Translations under genes and position numbers: made by a program
From: Saprolegnia diclina VS20
Taxonomy: Eukaryota
Length of the DNA stretch: 64,000 bases
Assembly (NCBI RefSeq): GCF_000281045.1
Contig: NW_008246105.1
Span: 405,762 to 469,761, forward strand
Direction of reading: 5' to 3'
The notes under the pieces: generated by a model
What the model was told of the DNA's origin: nothing
The model's input: the letters and a program-made list of their open reading frames with translations, nothing else
Databases searched by the model: none
Shown here: positions 1-11,822 of the stretch, in pieces
How the letters are laid out: each line of letters starts with the position of its first letter
Position numbering within the stretch: the stretch's first letter is position 1

Positions 1-199
1 AGCTACTATCTCGCGATGGCACATCCAGCACTTGGCTCGTCGCGGTGCCTTCGCTCGCCGAGTCGCCTAACGCTCTACGCGCCGACCCTGGGTGTGCTCG
101 CAACCTTGTTCATCCCACAATCCCGAGCGCGGACCAAGCGCCATCGGCGTGACGTACCGGCCAAACCTCACGAGCGCAGTAGGAAGTCCACCCTCTTCA

Positions 200-1478
200 C
201 TATATAATTGCATGTTGATAACTCATTTCAGCAAAAGAATGTACTACGGTGTACTCTGTCAAGGACATGTCGTCCAACCCTCGTCAGGTGCGGTTTCGCC
301 ATCCGGCAGGACGCCTCGGAGCGTCGTTGTGAGAAGTTGCTTGCAAAAGCTGTGGTTGTTCAACGCAGCGACCCGCGCGGCTGCCTGCGCTTTGGCCACC
401 GTCTCGAGCTCCGCATCTTCCTCCTGCCGCATCGAAAAGAGAAAGAGCTCCGAGATGCGTGTCGTCTTGGCGTCCAGACGGTCCATGATGATCCTAATAA
501 CTCCGTGTAGAAGATTGTCTGTTGTCATAGCGACGCACCAGCCATTCGAAAGGACAGCGTTCGGGTTGTTGACGCGCGTCTCGTCCGTGATGGACGAGCA
601 CACGAGCACCGCGCGGTGCGGCATCTCAAAGAGGCGGTACAGCACATGGTCGCCAGCTCCAAGGTCGAAATACGCAGCGTCTTCACCCAGCGCAGTGGTC
701 ACAAGCTACGAGAGCGGGTTTGAAGCGCGTACTAGAGGAGGACGAGGATACGTCGTGATCAACGTAGGCGGCCGTGTGCCCAGGACACGCGTTCTGGAGG
801 TAGATGCGTCGATTGCTCTCGACGAGCGCTTCGAGCGGCGCGGGTATCTCAATCTGCTGCTGCAGCACCATGTACGAGAGCGCGACACTCTCCGTCTCGG
901 CAAAATGAACGTCAAACGCAATCGGCCGGCAACAGCTCAATGCGTGCGTCGCGTGGTGGTAGAGTCGCGTCGTGAGCCACGCGAGGGCCTCGCCGCGCTG
1001 CGTTGCGGGCAGCGTCTGGCACTGGTACGACGCCAAATGCGGTAGAACGTTGTCCTAACAATGTCTCAGTGCTGCTTCATACTTTATTTCGTACAAGTGG
1101 CGACGATGGGACGCGGCTCAAGCAGGTCGTGAGCACGTAGGCCAGCTGCCGCGTGTAGTGAAGCTGGGCCTTGAGCGCGCTGTTGGTCAGCTTGGCGCTT
1201 TGAGAGCTGTTGGCCAGTGCGATGGCCACGTCGCGCCACGGCAGCGGCGACGACGTCCGGGCCTCGAGCTCGGCCGAGAGCGCCGCGACCTGTTCGCGGA
1301 GGTACTGGGCCTGGAGCCTCTCGCGCCGGCGGTGGTCGCGCAGCCGTTGGCGGTCGTACGTGCGCTTGCGGGCGACCGCGTCGCTTTCGATAGCGTCGTC
1401 ATCGGCAGCGTGTTGCGCGTCATACAAGATCTCGCGCGACGAGTACACGTCCTCGCCGATCGCGGTCGTCGGTGCCAT
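200..1478 (-). CDS. bZIP-like basic/coiled-coil protein with C-terminal START-like region (oomycete M96-like family), multi-exon
   Basis: ORF 1077-1478 has a basic region RKRTYDRQRLRDHRRRER, a heptad coil and an LPWRDVA motif. It continues through ORFs 683-1036 and 259-702 via short introns. The 3' end is uncertain. Confidence 0.6.
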
Positions 1479-1568
1479 CGTTGTCGGGGCTAATCAGATG
1501 GAATTTGCGCCCAGGTGCGCGCACTTGAAGCGCGCCCACGTGGCACGCTCTCGTCGCCCGAGTTGGAC

Positions 1569-1768
1569 NNNNNNNNNNNNNNNNNNNNNNNNNNNNNNNN
1601 NNNNNNNNNNNNNNNNNNNNNNNNNNNNNNNNNNNNNNNNNNNNNNNNNNNNNNNNNNNNNNNNNNNNNNNNNNNNNNNNNNNNNNNNNNNNNNNNNNNN
1701 NNNNNNNNNNNNNNNNNNNNNNNNNNNNNNNNNNNNNNNNNNNNNNNNNNNNNNNNNNNNNNNNNNNN
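1569..1768. other. Assembly gap (N run)
   Basis: 200 consecutive N. Confidence 1.
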
Positions 1769-1793
1769 AAAACTAAGTTAAATGGGTGAGTGC

Positions 1794-2546
1794 CTAGGCC
1801 CCTTGGAGCCAGCCAAAGGGCGCGACGGGCAGCGCCGACATGGGATGGAGGAGGTTGTGTCCGACAGGAAACGGCCGCAGTAGCATTGGCGGCATCATGC
1901 TACCCAGCTCGTTTGGCACGTCGAACCGTCTTCGCTTGGCCACGCTCGGTACAAAAAACTGTGGTGCAATCGGCAGCAAGTCGGCCGGTCGCTTTCGCGC
2001 GTCGTTCGTCTTGTCCTCGTCATCATCGTCGTCGTCATCTTCCAGAAGCAGATCAATGTCGTTCTCTGGGAACGGGCACAAGCGCGGCCCCGTCTGCAGC
2101 AAATAGGCGGGGCGGTGCGTCAGAAATGCCGGCGTCGGGGCCTTGTTTTGCTTTTGGAGGTATTTTTGCGCGTGCGTCCGGATTTGAACGAGCGTGCGTG
2201 TGACGACGAGGTTCGAGATGTGCTTCCACGACTTGCCGTAGCGCTTCAGGCCCTCAAGGAAGAGCTCGTGCTCCTTCTTGGTCCACCGCCCCGTCTGCGT
2301 TTCGACACTGGTGCCGCTGGCTTGCACTCGCTCGTCGTCGCCGTCGCCATCGTCTTCGTCGCTGCTTTCCAAAAGCTTCTCGACGCTCGTCTCGGTTGGC
2401 TCTCGTTTTGGCGGACTCGAGAGCTCCAGCAAGTCAGTTTTGGGCGAGGCCAGCCCGTGCGGCGAGAAGGCGTGTTGCACCTCGGTGCCCCACTCGACGC
2501 CAAAGCAGTCGAGCGCCGGGCAAAACACGATCGGGTCTTCCGCCAT
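1794..2546 (-). CDS. SHAQKYF-class single Myb transcription factor
   Basis: GRWTKKEHELFLEGLKRYGKSWKHISNLVVTRTLVQIRTHAQKY. Start taken at MAEDPIV; an upstream ATG at 2672 is possible. Confidence 0.88.
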   Translation of the reverse strand: MAEDPIVFCPALDCFGVEWGTEVQHAFSPHGLASPKTDLLELSSPPKREPTETSVEKLLESSDEDDGDGDDERVQASGTSVETQTGRWTKKEHELFLEGLKRYGKSWKHISNLVVTRTLVQIRTHAQKYLQKQNKAPTPAFLTHRPAYLLQTGPRLCPFPENDIDLLLEDDDDDDDEDKTNDARKRPADLLPIAPQFFVPSVAKRRRFDVPNELGSMMPPMLLRPFPVGHNLLHPMSALPVAPFGWLQGA

Positions 2547-2881
2547 GATTTCGCAATGGACGCGTGCGAGATGCAAGCAGCCGTGTGCTAATTTAAGGCA
2601 CCTAATTATACAGCGCACCATCAACATGGCCACCGTCGGGTAGGTCGCAACTTCAAGCCCCGCGTCCGCCATGTTTGCAAATGTCTCTCTTCTGCAAGCA
2701 AACGTCGCCAATGTCCACGGTCGCCTCGCGCAGGACCGCTTACAGCGATCTCCCGCTGCCACGTCATTCCTCGAGTTTGCACTTTACTCGTGTGGTGTCA
2801 TGGCTCTTTGAAGTTGCACTCGACGAATTGTAGAAGTAGGCAGAGTGGGGTTCAAGTGCAACATCAACAAGAGTGTGTACA

Positions 2882-5800
2882 CTAGGACGCTCCGTCGGGC
2901 ACGCGCATATCGAAGACCCCAGTGGCCGTCGCCACCTCCCAAAACTCGGCCGGCTCCATGACCCGCGTCTCGTTGATCTTGTCGCGTAGCGCCTTCTTGA
3001 AGCGCATCATCTTGACGTGAATATCCGTGAGCTCGGTCGTGAGCGCCGCGCGTCGAGCAGCGTTGGTGTCGCGTTCAATCTTGGTCACGTAAACATTTTC
3101 ACTCGCGCCGACCATTTTCCTAGTTTACATGAGTCTACGCCGGAGACGACGCATGTACCGGTGGTTGTGGTAGTGTTCGCCGACAGCATCGTTGGCGAGT
3201 GCCCAGAGCTCGCGGCGGTTCGCGCGCACCTGCTCCATCTTCTTTTCATACCCGACGCGGCGTCGCATGAGCATGCGCTTGGTGCGCTCGAGGAGCTCGA
3301 CTTGTCGCTCCATCAAGCACTTTTGCTCCTTCATTGGCAGCGAGTAGAGGCGCGATGCCTACAATATACGTTTCCAGCTTCTTCCTCGCGGCATTCCGCA
3401 ACACGAACCAGTTGGCCGCGCACGCTCTTGAGGTAGACGTCTTTGGCCTCGAGCACGAGCTTGGCGCGTCTAGAGCGATACGTTGGCAAGCGACAAGTGG
3501 AGTCTCGTACTCGATCGCGGCGATGCGACGGCCGAGCTTGCCGCGATAGACGCGCTGGACAAGTAGCGCGGCTTTTGTGAACGCGATGCGCATGTGCTGC
3601 GTGAAGCGCCGCGCGAGGAAGCCGCGTGTGATGCGCTCCATCTCGATGGCACCGACCAGCCGTCGGTACGCAAGCCGCCGCGCCCGGTAGACGCAACGCC
3701 CACGATGGCCTCGGTAGACTCTAGGCAGCATCAGACGCATTGTCGATACGATATACCGACCTCTGCAAGTCGAGCGTCAGCGCCAGCATGAGCGCGCGTC
3801 GCTTTTGATACTGAACCCGACCAAACCAGGCGATTAGGTACCGGCCAATGCAGCGACGCGCCTGGCGTGCGCGCCAAGCGCCGAGCCGCGTAAGGCGCAT
3901 GCGATGCATGGTTGAGGTCGCCCAGCGCTGAAGCAAACGTGCGGCGCCGCGCCGAAGAAAACGCCGACGATACAAAAGCTCGACCGCGGTCTGTCCCTGG
4001 ACGGAATACGTGCAATGCTGGATCTTGCGGAAGAGCCGCGCGCGGCGGCGGCCGCAGTGGCCTCGAAAGACCCGCTGGATTAGTCGCGCGGCCACTAGCC
4101 AGAATAAGCTACAATGATATCTGATAGTATGAGAGTGTGCACACGGTCGCCTTTGCGCGCGAGACGGAGGGCCGCGATCGCGTTGAAGCGGCGCACCGCC
4201 CGGTAGGTGCGAAAGCGTTTCTGGACGCGGCGCACTGCGGCCTTGGCGTGTTGCCAATGACGCATCTCAAAGCGCTGGCGCGCCCATGTTTGCACCCGAA
4301 CCGCCGCCGCCACAATCTGGTTGCAGTACGATACATACCAGATCCGCGTCTGGTGCATGCGATAGGTGCTCTGGATGCAGACAGCGCTCGCTGTGAAGAG
4401 CACACGCCGATGTCGCACGCTTTGGCGCGCAAGGCCGCCGCGCATGACCGCTTGCATCATAATGATTCGCTCGTAGATGAGTCGGACCATGCTGCGAAGT
4501 CGCTCGTTGCGGTAGTAGCGACGATACGTGCGCTGGATGCGACGTACGTTGCGCGCAATGGCCTCACAGCTAGCCACGTCNNNNNNNNNNNNNNNNNNNN
4601 NNNNNNNNNNNNNNNNNNNNNNNNNNNNNNNNNNNNNNNNNNNNNNNNNNNNNNNNNNNNNNNNNNNNNNNNNNNNNNNNNNNNNNNNNNNNNNNNNNNN
4701 NNNNNNNNNNNNNNNNNNNNNNNNNNNNNNNNNNNNNNNNNNNNNNNNNNNNNNNNNNNNNNNNNNNNNNNNNNNNNNNNNNNNNNNNNNNNNNNNNNNC
4801 CACGCACAACAACGTACCCGTGGCGCCGGTGCAGATGGTGCTTGGCCGCTCGCTGCACGCAAAGCGAGAGGTGGAGCACGTCGGCCTTGTAGGCGCGGAC
4901 TCGGCGCCGGCACGCGTTGCCGCGGTAGATCGCTTGCACATGCAACAAGATAGCTCGGTTTCTTCCACGCTGCAATGACCGCAGGTATACCACCCACTAG
5001 GACGCCCGCTTTTCATGTTGCGCACTCGAGACATGTGACTCTACCTTGAGGTGCGCGCGGAAGGCTCGCTGAATGCGGCTGGCGGCGCGCCGCTGTCGAA
5101 GGCGCTTGCGCTTCGTGACGGACAGAAGCGTCAAATCTCGCTGCTGCCACTTTCGTGCGCAGGCTTGGAGGAGCTCGACCGCACAGTACTGCGCGAGCAG
5201 CTTCTCAAAGAGAACGAGCCATGTCGTTGCAGCCGGCGTCATCTCAAAGTCCGACGACTTGGCTCCAGCTTTGGCCGGCGACGCCGGCTCCGGCGATCCG
5301 CAAAACGGCAGTGCCAGTGTGCACCGTCGCAAGCAGCTTTTAGTGAGACGCTCGCAGCCTATAGACAGATCCATATCGATGCTGGACACTGCAAACTTGA
5401 CTTCGAGACAACCTCGAAGACGCACGTCACGGAGCTTGTCACAGCCTGTGACGAGGGCGATTAGGCCGTCGTCGGTGATGTTGGCGTTGCCGTTCAAGTC
5501 GAGGAACCGGAGCTCCATGCGGGAACCCGCGAGCGCGACGAGCGACTGGTTGGTCAAGTGCGTACAATGAGACAGTGTAAGGCGCTCCAGTCGGAAGAGA
5601 CTGGACGCAATCGCAGTGACAGCCTTGTCAGTGAGCAGCGGACACTAGTCACACCATTGACCAAGACTATCAAAATGCAGGGAGCTAGCTACCTTGGACA
5701 AATTCAATGTGTGGAGGTCGCGGCAGTGCCGGGCGACCGCAATCACGGCGGCGTCATCAATGACCGTGTCCCCAACGTAGAGCTCCAATAGGTTATGGCA

Positions 5801-7549
5801 GTTGGCAGCCACCAGCATGACGCCGTGCGTCGTGACGCGCGGACCGCCCGTGACGTCCAAAATCGTCATACGACGGCAGAGTTTGCTCACGATTGCGAGC
5901 GTCTCGTCGCCAATGTCAGGACGTCCGTAGAACAACTCGTTGCGGCACCCTAACCACTACCATGACCGAGTTTATAGCAAGTCGTGTCATACCCGAGAGC
6001 ACAAGATGGCGCAGCTGGGTGCAGAGCTTGGCGACAGTCATGATACCAGCGTCCGAGACGTGCGAGAGCCCTTGGAGGTTGAGGTGCTGGAGGTCCGTGC
6101 ACGCACCGCCGATCGCGCCCAGACCGTCGTTGTTGATTTCGTAGCAGTTGCGCACGTTGAGGTACTCGAGCAGCGACACGTGCCGCTGTGTCGCGTGCGT
6201 GTCGCTGTTCTCTTTGGAGAAGAGGTTGGTAAGCCCTAGGGAGGTTTCGTGAGGGTTAGGGTCCACCGATTCGGTACCTTTGGACGTCACACGGGAGCAG
6301 CCGTTCAAGCTCAACCAGCGAAGCCGCGTGCACTGCGCCAAGAGCAAGAGGCAAAAGTCGTTGATCTGGAGACAGTGCGCGAGGTTGAGTTTCTTGAGGC
6401 GGCGACACCCGCCGACGAGCCAGCTCACGGACGTTTCGTCCAGATCGAGGCTTGGAATGTCCAGTGTCTCGAGGACGCCGAGGGTCTTGCTGGTCTCAAA
6501 CGCAAAGAACGCCATGGACTGCACTTGGAGGCAGTGGCCAAACGCAAAATACGTCAACTCCATCTCTACAGTGCTACTCCTAAATACCTCTGCGGCGACA
6601 ACAAATCGCACCATGTTTGCAGTCGGCCACATCCGTGATGCCCGCGTCCGTGACGTTGCGGCACTTGGAGACATCGAGGTACCTTGTGAGTGCGCCCGGC
6701 TGGCGCTTGGTCGTGGCGACGCAGTGAAGGAAGCGATCTGTCACTGCGGGGCAGCCCTGGGCGCTGAGCGAGTGCAGCTTCGTGCAGTCCGTCCACGTCG
6801 CTATGAGCACGTCGCTGGAAAAGTTGCGGCACTCGTCAATGTGCAGCACGCTGAGCTGCGCCAACGTCCGTCGAATTAGCGTCAAACTGGCGTCCGTGAG
6901 CGCCTCGCATCTAGTGCGACCAGACAATGTGTCTCACTTCTTAACGTGCGCGTACTTGGCGACACTGAGCGTATGGATGAATTTGAGCTTGCCAATGTGC
7001 TTCAACCCGCCATCCGTCACATCGGATTCTACCTGTGCATTGAGTGCAGGAAGCCAGATGGTCTCCAACCTCGAAGAAGAAGCGTACGGCACACCGATGG
7101 CTTGACGGGCACACCTACACACTTGACATGAGACGCTGCACGATGGGCATACTGTCTACCGGGCGGGATCGTTCGAGACGCGAGCGTGCTAAGCCAGTCG
7201 TTGACGCGCATACCACTGAAGTCCAAGTCCTCCATCGGCACCTTGTGGAATGAGTCCTACAGCGTAGCTTCAGCGACGCCACATTTTCAACCAGAGACGA
7301 AAGAATGACTTTGAACGAGAGAAAGGCCGGCGGCGATGCGACAAGTGTGTCAAGGCCACCGACGCGGTCTAGAATGCGCTGCAGCTTGGCGCCGAGGCCG
7401 TACGGGGCGCCCGTCGCGTTGTCGCGGTCGCGGAGGCAGTGTAACTTGACAGATCGAGCGTACTTGAACTCATCGAGTTCCGCCACCCAGCGTGCGAGCG
7501 TCGCCTCGGAGACCTTTGACGGGACCTTGCGGGCCTTTTGCGGGGCCAT
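2882..7549 (-). CDS. Large protein with AMN1/FBXL-type leucine-rich repeats followed by many IQ motifs (many exons, spans a gap)
   Basis: LRR exons (LKKLNLAHCLQIND, LQHLNLQGLSHVSDAGI) then IQ motifs (RIQRAFRAH, RIQRTYRRY, LIQRVFRGH, LVQRVYRGK). Start MAPQKARK at 7549. Could be two genes. Confidence 0.75.
4581..4799. other. Assembly gap (N run) inside the LRR-IQ gene
   Basis: Run of N. Confidence 1.
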
Positions 7550-7682
7550 GGCGGCGTCGCTTCGCAAGATCGCGCTCCGCCAATCCGTGGCGTGTATCGT
7601 TTCGATAGCCAATCCAGCGACAGATAAGTCGCGTCGTTTGCGCCAATGGCATTGCACCACAACCCGAAACCATTCACCTGCC

Positions 7683-7895
7683 ATGCAAAGCGCTGCGTGG
7701 CTCCTCACAGCGCTCGTCGCCATGAGCGCTACGACGTCGCTTGCCAAGGCGCCCTTCACGTACGGCGAAGAGTGCGTTTTGCGCCAGAACCAAGGCAACA
7801 CTATCGAAATGCTCCAGCGCCAGCTGCGCACCAAGTCGGCCCTCGACATTCGCCGCAAGTGCATCGAGCTCGGCCTCAACTGCGGCGGTGCCTAG
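7683..7895 (+). CDS. Small secreted protein (70 aa, 3 Cys)
   Basis: MQSAAWLLTALVAMSATTSLA resembles a signal peptide. GC3-rich codons, followed by an AT-rich 3' region. Confidence 0.6.
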   Translation: MQSAAWLLTALVAMSATTSLAKAPFTYGEECVLRQNQGNTIEMLQRQLRTKSALDIRRKCIELGLNCGGA

Positions 7896-7977
7896 TAATA
7901 CAACTGCGCTTTGCACCGATAACAAAGGCTACAATAACAACGACTGTATATTCATCATCATCCGTGCTCGCTCCATT

Positions 7978-8607
7978 TTACTGGGCAGCGGGCGCCGCGG
8001 GCTTAAAGCCAGCTTCGACAAGCGCAGCCTTGACGACCTAGTATGACGCACAACACCCATGGTAAGCGTGATTTAATGGTGGAGCGAGAGGGTCGACGCA
8101 CCTCGAAGGACGGCGAGCGGCCTGTCGTGAGCGCCGAGTGAATCTGCTTGTCTGTAGGATGATGAGCTGTATGCGAGTGAAGATGGAGTGAGGCGCACCG
8201 TTGATGTAGACTTCGAACGCGCCCGTGTTGGTGAGCATTTGGCGCAGAGGCGAGAGAATCATGACCATCGGAAATACCACGAAGCGGTACTGGTTGTACT
8301 TTTGCAGCGTCTCGTCCGGCAGCGGAAGGCCGACCGCGTTGAGAATCTGGTCCCCGAACATGACGACGATCGTCAAAATGGCTTGGAGCGCGATTGTGAG
8401 GCGCGACAAGAGCAGCTTATTCGGCGGCAGCGGGTAGTCGTCGCTCGTGATCTCGAGCTGCGGGAACTGCCGCGTCAGCTTGGTCTCGAGGTTCGAGAAG
8501 TGGGCTGGGAACGACACGCTGTCGTAGAGGACGCGGACGACGTCGCCCGTCTTCTTGACCTCCAACGACTTCTTGTTGGCTTGCTTGGCGCGCTTCTTGG
8601 TCGACAT
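7978..8607 (-). CDS. Selenoprotein T-like (Rdx family) protein, paralog 1, no CxxU motif, 3 exons
   Basis: QFPQLEITSDDYP, hydrophobic insert, TGAFEVYING, then DKQIHSALTTGRSPSFE and VVKAALVEAG after two short introns. Confidence 0.82.
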
Positions 8608-9032
8608 GGCGAGGCGATTTGACTTGTGTGACTTACAGCCTGTCTTTGCCGCTTCAATGTGGTCATATGTGGCAGTTTGCCATATTTAACATGGCACATG
8701 CCGACATGGGCGACAAATAGAATGGGACGCGACGTGGCATCCGTGCCGAAAATAATGATTCGGCTGTGCTCGCTTGAGCACCGCAGACGCCCGCCAACCA
8801 TACGTGGCAGTCTGTGGTTCATTGTCGGCCAAATAAGCTCGAGCGATTTGATCTCTTCGTCTCCATCGCATAGTAGAGACTAGTATCTCTCCACGATGGG
8901 GCCACCGCTACCTGACGCAATGCGAGGCGTTCTTTGTTCTGAAGCTACATGGAGTCAAGCCGTCTAGTTCAAGTCTGATGTGCAGCTACTGCATGAACCA
9001 GCCACATGCGCAGTCTCGACTGGCTACGACAT

Positions 9033-9619
9033 CTACTTGGCGCTCTTGGGCAAAATGTTCTTGTCGGCGAGGATCGTCTTGAGGTTCTATTCCGCCATCG
9101 CCATGACGCATCATTCTGCATCGTGGAGCATACCTCAAACGTCAGAAGCGACCGCGTCTCGAGCATCGAGAAGACGAGCTCCTCTACCATCTCCATCAGA
9201 TCTTAGTACAGCACGCATGTCCTACCGTTGAGGTAGACTTCAAACGCGCCCGTGTTGCTCAGCATTTGGCGCACGGGCGAGAGCATCATGACGATGGGCA
9301 GCGCCATAAACTTGTTTTCACGGTACTTTTGCAAATAGACGGGCGCCAGGTCGAGCTCGAGCTTCTCAACGATAGTCTCGCCAAACATGATGGCGATAAC
9401 GAGCACGACCTGGACGAAGAAGACGATTTTGACCCACTTGGACTTGGTCGGCGGCAGCGGGAAGCTCTTCCCCGAGGTCGCGATACCCGGGAACTCGCGC
9501 GCGAGGTTGCCGCTCATCTGGTTGAAGAGCGTCGCGAACGCCGCCTTGTCGTACTCGATGCGGATGCGGTCGTCCGACTTCTTGCTGGCCGCTGCGGTGC
9601 TTCGCTTCGCCTTGCCCAT
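9033..9619 (-). CDS. Selenoprotein T-like (Rdx family) protein, paralog 2, no CxxU motif, 3 exons
   Basis: EFPGIATSGKSFP...YRENKF...TGAFEVYLNG, then EELVFSMLETRSLLTFE and NLKTILADK. Same intron positions as paralog 1. Confidence 0.82.
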
Positions 9620-10087
9620 GCTCTCTCTCTGTGAACAGCAATCTCGCAAAAATAGTTCTACAAACGAAACGACCGAATTTCTCGTTACAAGAACTAATGG
9701 GGTAGGGTTCGGGTCCTCGGATCGGCGGCCGCTTCTTGAAATGAGTTATTGACCGTATCGACGGTCGCTTGGAGTCGCCGAGCTACGCTGTTGCTACGTC
9801 GCCTTCCTCCTCGACGCCACCTGAGTGAGGAGCTACAGTCGTGCAAGTCATTTCCGTCACGCACCCACGTGGACGCAAGCACGGACCCTTGCGACCTGCG
9901 AGCTGCGAACCAACGTACTGTACCGAAATGCATGCAATTTGGAGAGACGCAAAGCGCAGTCGCGTGGAACATCCATAGACCTCGCTTTGGCCTGGACGTA
10001 TGCCAGACGGTCTAGCTCAAGGGTTTAACGCAGAAGACGTGTTGGCCACGACTTTTTAGTTTCTTGATGTCCTTCGGGTGGTAGACT

Positions 10088-10819
10088 CTACGCTAAATGA
10101 AGGACGTCGCCGTCAGAACGCAGTCGTCGGTCTTGGACGCGGAGGTACTGGACGCGGATCTTGTAGACGCGGCGAGCGGCCAATGCACTGGCTGCCGCGC
10201 CAAGCACGCCGATCACCGCCATGAGCACGGTGTAGAGGCCGACGAGGGACATCGTGCCAACGAGAAGGACCGTCAAAAGCACGGCCAAGACCGTGGTGCA
10301 GTGGCAACTGAACCACTTGTCGCACGCTCCGAGATAGCGCTCTGTCGCCGGCGCGACCCGTTGACAGCCCAGGAAGATGCATATCGCAATCGCTGTGGAG
10401 AAGAGACTGATGACAAAATAGGCTAGAAAGCGCGGGCACCCGATTGATGCGAGCCACTCGTTGAGCGCCCGGTCGTCGTCGGACCAGGTATAGCTTCGGT
10501 GCCCTCTGACCTTGCTCTTCTCAACGAGCCAGATCATGACGCACCCGAACATCACGACAAGGAGTACAAAGAGCACGCGGAGCAGCTGCGCCTTGCGGAC
10601 GCGCCGCTTGTACTCGGCCGCTTCACTCGGCACCTCGTACAAGGCGTAGGCCTCGCCGCAGGCATCGCAGTGTGTCACTGCCGACCTCTTGAGGGCGCGA
10701 CGCGCGTCCAAGCAGTCGCGGTGGACGTACGACGCACAGCCGCAGGCCGCGATGAGGTCGGTCGTCGAGCGTCGGTAGCAGCGCAAGCACTCGAGCGGAA
10801 GCACGGGTGTCGTCTCCAT
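10088..10819 (-). CDS. RING-CH (MARCH-type) membrane E3 ligase-like protein
   Basis: CLRC...CGC...VHRDCL...CDAC followed by several hydrophobic TM segments. Start may be 10819 or 10891. Confidence 0.78.
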   Translation of the reverse strand: METTPVLPLECLRCYRRSTTDLIAACGCASYVHRDCLDARRALKRSAVTHCDACGEAYALYEVPSEAAEYKRRVRKAQLLRVLFVLLVVMFGCVMIWLVEKSKVRGHRSYTWSDDDRALNEWLASIGCPRFLAYFVISLFSTAIAICIFLGCQRVAPATERYLGACDKWFSCHCTTVLAVLLTVLLVGTMSLVGLYTVLMAVIGVLGAAASALAARRVYKIRVQYLRVQDRRLRSDGDVLHLA

Positions 10820-11822
10820 TGAGCTGAGTAAACTTCGAAGTGACGCCACCAGAACGTTTGGCTTGGGTGGCCGCACTTTGGCACTCGCCATCTGCGCTCG
10901 TCCACCTGGCTGGACTGGGAGCCAAAGGAAAACAGTTGGCTATTGGGTGTGGCCCCCTTTTGCATAAAGACATCCATATATATTCGCATTGCAATAGACC
11001 AGCAGTTGGAATAAAGTCATGCTTGGACGTCACAGCGAAGTCTCTGTCCGAGGATTTGGCTGTCTTCCTTGGCTCTCAACATCGATATAAGCTTGGATCG
11101 CCGTGCACATGAGCACTGTGTTTATACGTCCCCACACATTTCTTCATCTGCGTCCGAAAATCGCCATCTGGGCACAAGCCGATGCGGATTCTCAGCTCGA
11201 TTTTTAGAGCCTCGTGACAGTCCTGACCGTACTACACTGCTACCGGTGCCACTTTGCGCTCTCATATCGTTCCCGGGTTCTGGCACCGAGGACCAATTTG
11301 TTGGCGACGAAACAACGCTTGCACGCTTCGAAAAGCTGCCAGCCACGACGGTGTTGCGTGAACACACTACGGTCAAGAGTCACCGACGCGAGCGAGCACC
11401 ACAGCCGCAACGTATGCCTCTCAGCGTGTATGCCATGCTATACCTACGAGGCCAGTACACACTTGAGGATCGATCCTAGAGAAAAATTCGCATTTGAAAC
11501 TGAATCTGGCTCGGCGAGGGTTAGGGTAAGCAAGTGGGCACGGCATCGAGCTCACGCAAGGGGCGTGCGAGCACTTGCACCTTGACGTCACCATCGCGCT
11601 CCTGCATCGTGCGCGAGACGGCAACGCGGGTGGCATCGTGGAGTATGTTTTGTCGCGCACCCGCCGGGTTGGTCTCGTAAGGATCATGAGCACCGTTGGT
11701 ACCTCGGTATATGCAGCTGAGTGAACGGCAAGTAGCACTCGTCGTCGTACACCTACGCAGTACTTCAAACAACAAGAAACAAAAGATTCAATTCATTTTG
11801 CAATTATTTCAAAACAAAGAGC

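Noticed and set aside
7978..9619. Selenocysteine recoding / SECIS for the SelT-like genes
   Set aside because: No in-frame TGA at the motif position, and no convincing SECIS seen.
9700..9730. tRNA T-arm-like GGGTTCGGGTCC
   Set aside because: No cloverleaf or A box could be built.
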